Below are positions 55,252 to 64,000 of a stretch of 64,000 nt of DNA, in pieces (position 1 is the first letter of the stretch; each line of letters starts with the position of its first letter). The stretch comes from Octopus vulgaris (taxonomy: Eukaryota). Position numbers and translations under genes: made by a program. Location: the NCBI GenBank assembly GCA_951406725.2, contig OX597829.1:28520001-28584000 (forward strand), written 5' to 3'. The notes beneath the pieces are model-generated. The model saw only the letters and a program-made list of their open reading frames with translations. It was not told the DNA's origin and did not search any database.

Positions 55252-57402
55252 ATGTGCATTTGTTTATGTACGTATGTTTGTACCTATGCCCAGAACGTTG
55301 AAAGTAAATCCTCAGCAGATTTTGAACTTAGAATGTAAAGTGCCACCAGAAATACAAGGTATTTTGTCCAATGCTTTGACAATTCTGCCAATCCATGGCC
55401 TTTATAATAATAACAACAACGACAAAGACTCAGAATTTTACAATAAGGAAGGTTTGTTGTAAATGACATGTTTACAATTGAGAATTAATAACTGTGTTCA
55501 TCTCATCATTGCATGTGCTGATGACAGTAATAATGATGATGACATTGACTTCTATTACACGTACAGAGCCACCACAAAATCTGGAAAGACATATATTTGA
55601 TTACTTTGAGCTCAGTATATAAACTGGTACATACTCTATTGAAGGACAAAGAGAAAAGCCGACTTTAGTGCTATTTGAACTCCGATTGTAACAGATTCTA
55701 ATTAAATACCACAAAGCATTTCACCTGATCTTCTATAAATCCTGTCATCAGTTATGCTGACAATAATTATAATAATTATTTTCAAAATAGGCATGAGGCC
55801 AGAAATATGAATGGTACTTTGTTTTATCGACTCTGTAAGGATGAAAGAAAAAGATGACCTGGGAGGGATTTGAATTTAAAACGTAAAACAGCAGAACAAA
55901 TACCATAAGACAATTCGTGAATATACTGTAAAATTTAATAATAATTGAAAATAAGTTTAGTCTCTTTCCTTGTCTGCTGTAATTAAAACAGTTTTCTCTT
56001 TAGTATATGAAATGGTCTATTTTCTTGCGTTAATCAAAGATAAATTTTAAAACATTATTTAAATTACCATCTTTCAAATACTTTCATTACCTATCATCAT
56101 CATCATTTTTTAAAAATATTATTACATATTTAGAAAAATCCTTTATATGAAAAATAAACCCCAATCCTCCAGTCAATTCTAGCTTTTGATCACAAATTAT
56201 AAATCAGGTGAAAATAATGGACAATTTTTAGCAACGAGTGATCTTAATATGACATCCATTTTGTTTTCTTGTGAATGTGTGTGTGTGTGTGTATGTGTTT
56301 TGACTAGGTACAAAGCCAAATTTTATTGGGGTAAATGTAAAGTTGATTTGATTGACCTCAGCATACAGTTAGTTTTTATTGTATTGAATCACCTCAGAAA
56401 GATGAAACAATAGCTTGACCCATATGTGATTATTTAAACTCTGAATGAAGAGAGATGAAATGAAATGAATGAGAAATGGTAAAACATTTAGTCTGGTTCT
56501 TAATGTTTTCTGCCAATTTTACTGCCCTAATTTCAATTTGATTTTATGAAGAAAATTTTTTTTTTTTTTCAATTTAAGAAAAAAAATTGTGTTTTCTGGC
56601 AACTATCACCAAATTATTAAATTGGTTCCTTACACCATACAGAAATTCTTTGGTTTAAATTTTGCTTTTTAAAAAAAAATTCTTAAAAATTGTAAGGATT
56701 AACTGATGATAGCAAGCATATGAATATGAAAAGATTTTGTAAAAATATGAAGCAGGTGAGTCTGATGAAAGACAAAATAAGCTAGGCGGAGATGGAATAT
56801 AGAACAAAGAACATAGAAATTCAAAGCCCAACATGAGCAATGTAAGGTTAGTTTTACTGACCATTTTTTTTAATGTTGACATATGGTTCTTCACCATTTT
56901 CATACTAAAATTAACACCCAGCATTTATGTCTAACAGATACTGATCAAGGAGATGCAAAAGAAAAGCAATTAAGTCATATGGCAAGAGATACTTGGTTTT
57001 AAAAAAATAGGAATTAAAAAGAGTTTTCTTTAAGAAACATACATTATTAAAAATCTATTTTGAAAATTTTGAATATATTAGAAATTTTGTTTAAGAAAAT
57101 ACCCCAAATCCTCCTATATAATAGATCTCTGGAATGTAATATCTATGTAGGATTTCAGTTTCATCTTCCACAGGACTGTGATAAGTTAACTAAAATTCTC
57201 CAATGTGAATAAGCTTTTTTTTTTTTTTGCTTAAAATCTTCCATATTTTATTAGAGGTTATATAAGGTTTATACATTTTTTATTCTCATTTGTTAATTGA
57301 TAAACAAAAGGCAATTTAAATGCTCTGTAATTAATGCCTTGCTAATATAAAAGCGAGGATCCAATAGTGATAGAGTATCCATTTTTTTTTATTGATTTCA
57401 AA

Positions 57403-57444
<42 letters not shown>

Positions 57445-57760
57445 GTTATTGTTTGACTCTTTTTTATCCAAACGATTTTTTTAACTCGAGATTTACATGC
57501 ATTACTTATACCATTATCAACTTTGAGCTCAACTGTTAAAGAATGAATTATACACACACACACACACACACACACATGTATCTACACAAAAATATTCCAC
57601 ATGAAAATATGTAAATACACATATACAAAATGGTAGAATTTCATGTACAGATTACCAGCTATATTACCTATTTATTACAGAATTCTTTGTACTAAACACA
57701 AGGCAAACTTTTGATAAAAGACATTTTGCCAATAGAACCGGCACAAACACACGTGTGTGA

Positions 57761-57811
<51 letters not shown>

Positions 57812-58499
57812 TATATAAGCATTGGTAATTAATTTATAGATACTAATTAAACCAAGGTTAAACTCAAGAGCAGTGTATTCAACTTCATTAACCCTATGTA
57901 CATACATTTAGACACTTCAGTTGTTAAACTACATGAAATCAAAGAATGTATGAAATTGCCAATGAGAACATTATCAAATCTTATGAGTTGTTAACCTCAG
58001 TATTATTATCATTATTACATTTTTATACAATTTATTTACAGATTTTTGAATATATAACTTAATTATCTTTAGATTTAATAGAAATGTGGAAAAAAAGCAA
58101 GCTAAGTAACCTAACAGAAACAAATATTGAGAACAATTTCATGTCTACTATGCAGATACAATATTTGTGAGTAAAGAGCAACAGACTGGATCCACAAAAC
58201 CTATTTTATTTGATATATATTCAAATAGACTCGACAAGATGAGAGGCAAGCCAAGATGACTTTGGTAGAATGCGAACTAAGAAACTAATAGAGTTAGAAC
58301 TAAATTGCATATAATCGAGAATAAGGAAGCTAAAACAAAACAAAACAAAAAAAATATCTCAATATTCAAAAGACAACAAACTGCTGGTTCTTTTTTAACA
58401 TTTTAACAAAGAATATTTAGTAAAATTCTACAAAATACTGAGGAAAAAATAAAGAGGAAACTGGCAATTCTATTGGGGAAATAAATTGCAATATTGCTT

Positions 58500-58708
58500 T
58501 CAAATTTTGGTACACAGCCAGCAATTTCGGGGGAGGGTGTAAGTTGATTACATCGACTGCAATATTCAATTCATACTTATTTTCTTGATCCTGAAAGGAT
58601 GAAAGCAAAGTTGACCCTGTTAGAATTTGAACTCAGAACACAAAGACAGACGAAATGCCACTAAGCACTTTGCCCAGCATGCTAATGGCTCTGCCAGCTC
58701 ACTGACTT
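58500..58708 (-). mobile_element. SINE family B
   Basis: Homology to 58928-59145. Confidence 0.85.
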
Positions 58709-58878
58709 TAAAATGATTCATAACATTAACAACCAAATTTACTCAATATCCTCTTTTATCTGTTAACTTCAACTATTCATATTTTCATATTATTCTTCTC
58801 TTTGTAAGTTCTGAATCTTGTTTCAATTTTTTTCATGGCATTTATTAGTATACCATTAGTAACAATCACTAAGATGAT

Positions 58879-58927
<49 letters not shown>

Positions 58928-58928
<1 letters not shown>

Positions 58929-59145
58929 CCTTTCTAGTATAGGCACAAGGCCTGAAATTTTGAGGTCGGGGGTGGGCAGTTGATTACATTGACCCCAGCA
59001 CTTAACTGGTACTTATTTCATCGGCCCCAAAAGGATGAAAAGCAAAATCATCCTCAGTGGAATTTGAACTCAGAACATAGTGACAGGCGAAATACTACTA
59101 AGCATTTCACCCGGCGTGCTAACGATTCTGCCAGCTCATTGCCTT
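58928..59145 (-). mobile_element. SINE family B, short-tail variant, with long (ATT)n tail (58880-58927)
   Basis: Head AAGGCAATGAGCTGGCAGAATCGTTAGCACGCCGGG...GAGTTCAAATTCC; tail AATTTCAGGCCTTGTGCCTATACTAGAAAGG(ATT)n. Confidence 0.9.
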
Positions 59146-59609
59146 GCTACTATTAATTATTATTTCATTTAATCTTCACAAGGATGCCAGATGAAGAAGT
59201 CATGCTAAAGATAAGCATACTAATGGGGGAGGCAAAAAAAGAAAAAGAAAGAAATATTAACTTTGAAAATTACTATTAAATTTTTGCCATCATAAATATT
59301 TTTGTAATTTCAGTTATTGCTTAATAACAAATGTGATTTGTTTTAGTAATATTAAACATCATCATAATCATCATCATTATTATTATTAATACTTATTAGG
59401 TTAAATACTTAAATATATTTTTACATCAAATGTTACTACTGCTGTTGCTACTGCTACTACTACTACTAATGATAATAATAATAATCCCACTGCCTTCACT
59501 AATGAGTAGCCTTCCTTACTGCTATCATTAACTTCATAATCATAATTAGTACTATTACTACTCTAATTATTATTACTTCTACTACTTCTATGATTATTAT
59601 CATATTATT

Positions 59610-60006
59610 AGTAACGAAAGGAAGTATATTTATTGAATATAAATAATGAATGTTTGAAAATACAGAAAACACCATAAAAATGACAATAAAAACAAGAGCA
59701 TAGACAAAAAAAAAAGCAACTGAAAATAATGGCAAGGAATTAGTTGAGCAGATTGGAGAAGATAGCGTCTGAGCAACAGAATCTAACAACAGCATAAATA
59801 AAAAGTTTAACAATAAAGTTATATATATATTAAAAAAAACATGAAAGAAAATTGTTTGTTTGTATGTGTGTGTTTAATGGTGAATTTTTTTCTTTTTACT
59901 TATGTCAAAGGTTTTAAATAGTAAAAATAAATTGAAGATGTATACTGGATTGGTCTGTACAGCTTGCTCATTTTACACACAACCACACACACGTTTCTCT
60001 CCAAAG

Positions 60007-60044
<38 letters not shown>

Positions 60045-60088
60045 CACACACACACATTTAAATACAAATATGTATACATATATGTGTA

Positions 60089-60126
<38 letters not shown>

Positions 60127-60127
60127 C

Positions 60128-60161
<34 letters not shown>

Positions 60162-61242
60162 GCATATATATGCATGTGTATGAATGCATATATATATATA
60201 AATGTATGTATATATGCACACACACAAAAATGTATAAATATATGTAAAACACATAAAACCATCATCAGGGCAATAGAAATAGAGGATGATGGTCTTTCAG
60301 ATCAGGAGTTACTGGTATGTATGTATGTATGTATGTATGTATGTATGTATGTATGCATGCAGGTAGCTTAGCATCCCTATCTTGGTGGCACAGAGTGAGA
60401 AAGAATTTGTGTGTATGTGTTGAGAGGAGAGAGAAAGAGAAGAGAGAGATGTACACACACTATATATATATATATGTGTGTGTGTGTGTAACTTGAAAAA
60501 AATAAATTGAAAAAAAAAGAAGAAAAAAAAGAAAATCTATTTCACAGTGGATATTCAAGAAATGCTTGGTTTAGTGACAGACCAATGTAAGTAACTTAGA
60601 ACCCTTTCAATAACAATAACAACAACAATAATAATAATAATAGTAATAATAAAAATTAAAATATTGGCAATAAAATTATAAAAGTACATTAGTATTATTC
60701 ATAAAATGATTGTAGTAAAAAAAAAATACAAGTAATAATATATCAATTATAGAAATAGCAGATTAAATAATAATGATAATGATAATAATAGTATTATTAA
60801 TAATAATAATAATAAATGAAGAAAAATTCATGAACATTTCATTTCTAATGACAAATCATTTTATAGACAAATATTTAAAAACAAAAATAATTTGCCTAAA
60901 TTTTCTCCAGGAACGGAGATATTTCAATGAAGATTCATAAGGCATTGCCTCCTTATCAGAAACATCATGCTTTTTTTTTACACAATTTAAGCAATCTGAG
61001 GCAGGGTGGGGGATCGGGGTGGGTCCAAATCTTAGAGGGGTATGGGGAATACACATACATACAAATATGGCTGCCCTATGGATTCCAGAATTCTTCAATA
61101 GAATAAAATGATTTTTTCTTTCTTTCTTTCGTTCGTTCTTTCTTTCTTTCGTTCTTTCTTTCTTTCTTTCTTTCTGCCATTACATTTTCAACTACTCTTT
61201 AAAATAAAATAAAATAAAAATAAAAAAAAAACAAACAAAATT
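59610..61242 (-). other. Probable Sprouty 3'UTR
   Basis: U-rich minus strand after the stop, several ATTTA motifs, no SINE seen. First AATAAA downstream of the stop at 59629-59634; variant ATTAAA at 59873-59878. End point inferred. Confidence 0.55.
59629..59634 (-). terminator. Candidate polyadenylation signal AATAAA for Sprouty
   Basis: Minus strand ...TTTTCTGTATTTTCAAACATTCATTATTTATATTC-AATAAA-TATACTTCC..., with upstream TGTA and U-rich context. Confidence 0.5.
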
Positions 61243-62262
61243 TTAAGCACTTGATCCATCTGACTCAATAAGTCTCCTAGTCTGAGAGGTGGAACCAATC
61301 TTGCTCTCTCCATGAGCACATTTACAACCTCTGCTGGTACAACCATTATAACAGGCTGTGCAACACACCAGAGCACACTGGGCTGGCCAGTATATGCACA
61401 GACAAGGTAAACATAATGATAATAACGCCATACAAGCCCAGCGCTTCAAGCATTGTGGTCGCTCGCAACCTGCGCATGGCTCATCAGAACACATTCCATC
61501 CATAGAATCCTGTTGGTAGTCCTTTGAATAGTGGTAAAAAATTCCTTTAACACAACACACACATGTGCACATATTCACAGCAGATTTGGCACTGATCTCA
61601 AATTTTTTGCCACAGAGCCACCAGGACGGAAGTTCCCGGTTCTCTCGACATGCAGCGCATTTACATTTTCCACATCTGCTGCATATAACAGAGTCTCCAT
61701 GAATGGCGCCATCAGGGTTCTCCAATTCAATGGGTGTGTTTATATTAACTTTTTTCAAGTTCTGATTTGAAATTGGTTGTTTTAATACAACATTATTTAC
61801 TATAGGCCTTGTTGTCTGCCTGCTACCAGCAAAACCAGTAATATTTGCACTGCCTCCAGTACTACCACTGGTCACTCTTATATTCACACCACTGACTGTT
61901 GAAGTGCTATTGCTATTTGAGCTATTTGTAAATCTCTGTGGCTGTGGTGAGTGACTTTCAGCTACTGCACGAGGCTTTTTATTTTGTAACGGTTTTACAA
62001 CAGTTACATTGGCAGGAGCTGTAGACGGTGAAGGAGGTAGTTTGTTTGCCGACAGGGTGGAATCCACATATTCATTTTGTGGTCTTGGCCCAGTTCGCAA
62101 GTGTGTCAAACTGATGAACTCTCTGTTAGGGATGCTTGCTGTTGGGGTTTGGTGTACATGGTCAAGCAAGCCATTACCAGGCCTTGCTGTAACATGGGAA
62201 GAGGAAGATGTGCTGTTGTTCTGGTTGGTTATCCGCTGACCAGATCCAGATGAAGCCATCAT
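61243..62262 (-). CDS. spry: Sprouty-family RTK/MAPK antagonist, 339 aa from the first ATG, coding region uninterrupted in this exon
   Basis: Conserved NEYVD tyrosine motif (62062-62076; equivalent to SPRY2 Y55). C-terminal Cys-rich SPR domain (CSRCGKCKC..C..RELPSWWLC...CTCVCCVKGIFYH...DEPC...RWACMALLSLCLPCLCIYWP...C...GCKC; ~61317-61692). The track's TTG start overlaps a splice acceptor; first ATG at 62262. The 12 nt between acceptor and ATG are in frame and open, so an N-terminal extension from an upstream exon is possible. Confidence 0.96.
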   Translation of the reverse strand: MMASSGSGQRITNQNNSTSSSSHVTARPGNGLLDHVHQTPTASIPNREFISLTHLRTGPRPQNEYVDSTLSANKLPPSPSTAPANVTVVKPLQNKKPRAVAESHSPQPQRFTNSSNSNSTSTVSGVNIRVTSGSTGGSANITGFAGSRQTTRPIVNNVVLKQPISNQNLKKVNINTPIELENPDGAIHGDSVICSRCGKCKCAACRENRELPSWWLCGKKFEISAKSAVNMCTCVCCVKGIFYHYSKDYQQDSMDGMCSDEPCAGCERPQCLKRWACMALLSLCLPCLCIYWPAQCALVCCTACYNGCTSRGCKCAHGESKIGSTSQTRRLIESDGSSA

Positions 62263-62274
62263 GGAAGAATTTGA

Positions 62275-62300
62275 CTGCAAATAGAAGAAAATAAAAACCT
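62275..62300 (-). other. 3' splice acceptor of the intron preceding the Sprouty coding exon (exon starts 62274; upstream exon probably beyond the window)
   Basis: Minus strand reads TTTTTATTTTCTTCTATTTGCAG|TCAAATTCTTCCATGATG: polypyrimidine tract plus CAG, 12 nt before the ATG. Confidence 0.85.
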
Positions 62301-62424
62301 ATTAAAATGCCTGTTACAATTATAGTGCTAACATGTAATAATAATAATAATAATAATAATAATGATAATAATAATGATAATAATAATAATAATAACAACA
62401 ACAACAACAACAACAAATTATTCC

Positions 62425-62812
62425 TAAACTTTTAGCATAGGGCCAGCATTTTAGAGGGGAAAGGTAAGTTAATCAAACTGACTGGTACATTTTTTTTATC
62501 TACAGCAAAAGGATGAAGGGCAAAGTTGACCCTGGCAAAATTTGAACTTGGAATGCACCAGGCTCCAATCTTGATCTGGCAGAGTTTCTACAGGAAGGGT
62601 ATCCAGTTGTAGAAACTCTGCCAGATCAAGATTGGAGCCTGGTGCAGCCATCTGGCTCGCCAGCCCTCAGTCAAAAAAATCGTCCAACCCATGCTAGCAT
62701 GGAAAGCGGACGTTAAACGATGATGATGATGATGATGAATGCGACAAGCCAGAAGAAATACTGCAAAGTATTTTCCCAACAATCTAACAATTCTCCTAGC
62801 TTGCCACAACCT
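62425..62812 (-). mobile_element. SINE family B interrupted by a family C (RTE-tail) insertion
   Basis: The SINE reads through ...TTTGAACTTG-GAATGC-[insert]-GAATGC-GACAAGCCAGAAGAAATAC. Confidence 0.75.
62554..62736 (+). mobile_element. Young family C (RTE 3' end) insertion with a 5' fold-back duplication
   Basis: Perfect 39-bp arms 62554-62592 / 62608-62646, (GAT)n tail, apparent GAATGC TSD. Confidence 0.85.
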
Positions 62813-62909
62813 TTATCATTACAAAAGTAAACAATAATTAATGAAACTAACAGAAAGAAATAGCTTACAGGTTTACTAGAATGAACATTAGGTTGTTTAC
62901 ATTCCTGTC

Positions 62910-63285
62910 TGAGTTTGCTTCCCAACCACATGGTTTTGGGTTCAGTCCTATCCCATGGCACCTTAGCAAGTGTCTTCTACTACAGCCTCGGGCCAACCAG
63001 AAAAATATGAATGGATTTGATAGAAGGGAAACTGAAAGAAGCCTGTCACACACACACACACACATATATATCTGTGTACGTCTTTGTGGTCGCTCATCCC
63101 CCACCATTTGATAACCAATGTTGGTTTGTTTACATCCTTGCAACTTGGCTTGGCAAGATGATGGACAGAACAAGGACCAGACTAAAAAAAAAACATACTA
63201 GGGTTGATTCATTCAACTAAAAATTCATCAAGGCAGTGCCCCAGTATGGCCACAGTCTAATGACTAAAACACATAAAAGATAAGA
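62910..63285 (+). mobile_element. SINE family A, diverged, in the Sprouty intron
   Basis: Homology to 22403-22798. Confidence 0.8.
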
Positions 63286-63403
63286 TTATAAAATAAAAAA
63301 AAAAAAAAAGATCAGGAAGTTACAGATAAAGATTTTTTTTTAAAGGCACTTGGGATATATTGATACACCAGATCAATAAATATATTAATATATTAAATTT
63401 TCA

Positions 63404-63730
63404 GGGTGTGTGGTAAGAAGCTTGCTTCCCAACCACACAGTTCTGGGTTCAGTCCCACTGCATGACACCTTGGGTATGACCAAAGCCTTGTGAGTATATG
63501 TGTATATATATATTTATATATCATCATTGTTTAACACCAACCCTCCATGCAGGTATGGGTGGGATGGTTTGACAGGAGCTGCCAGGCAGAAACCTGCACC
63601 AGACCTCTGTGACTATTTTGGCAGAATTTTTACAGCTGGAAGCTCTTCCTAACACCAACCACTCAGCAGATATATATATATATATCATCCCACCCATGCC
63701 AGCATGGAAGGCAGATGTTAAATAATGATG

Positions 63731-63767
<37 letters not shown>

Positions 63768-63938
63768 TATACATCTGTGTGTGTCTGTTTATGTCCCTAT
63801 AACTTAGCGGTTTGGCAAAAAGGTACTAGGCTTAAAAACATTAGTCCTGAGGTTGATTTGTTTGACTAAAGCCCTTTAAGGCTGTGCTCCAGCATGGCCG
63901 CGGTCAAATGACTGAAACAAGTAAAAGAATAAAAGAAT
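63404..63938 (+). mobile_element. SINE family A with nested, oppositely oriented family C fragments (63521-63732) in its internal microsatellite
   Basis: Head at 63404-63495, tail at 63775-63938, RTE-tail sequence in both orientations in between. Confidence 0.8.
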
Positions 63939-64000
63939 ACTAGCAGAAAGATTGCTCAAAAGGCTGTCTTTGATTCTCATTATCATAATCACTATCGTTT

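Noticed and set aside
61531-62239. Plus-strand ORFs antisense to Sprouty (61531-61770, 62009-62239)
   Set aside because: Short shadow ORFs of the real coding strand with no independent evidence
62263-62280. Track's 345-aa Sprouty starting at TTG (MQSNSS...)
   Set aside because: The TTG is part of the intronic TTGCAG acceptor and the genome is eukaryotic; the first ATG is at 62262

Overview
AT-rich, microsatellite-dense animal genomic DNA. The tRNA-derived SINE families, RTE 3' ends with (GAT)n tails and huge (TA)n/(CA)n/(AAT)n tracts are typical of Octopus (coleoid cephalopod); the species assignment is inferred from repeat content. The only protein-coding sequence I can support is a Sprouty-family gene on the minus strand (61243-62262). 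It has the NEYVD tyrosine motif, a Cys-rich SPR domain, a splice acceptor just upstream and a probable ~1.6 kb 3'UTR. The rest is intergenic or intronic: several SINE families, RTE LINE fragments, and piggyBac-like, mariner and Tc2/pogo-like MITEs. Most interesting signals: (1) Sprouty has FYHY (TAT) where the family has FYHC, one A-to-I edit away from TGT, with a perfect 39-bp intronic hairpin nearby; (2) a recurring class of (TA)n-embedded fold-back elements, some with hammerhead-ribozyme-like motifs (Penelope-like); (3) a CpG-retaining island at ~35.4-37.8 kb suggesting an unannotated promoter; (4) strong orientation bias and head-to-tail chaining of one SINE family. Almost all ORFs in the supplied track are microsatellite or SINE artefacts. 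All repeat boundaries and counts are by eye.
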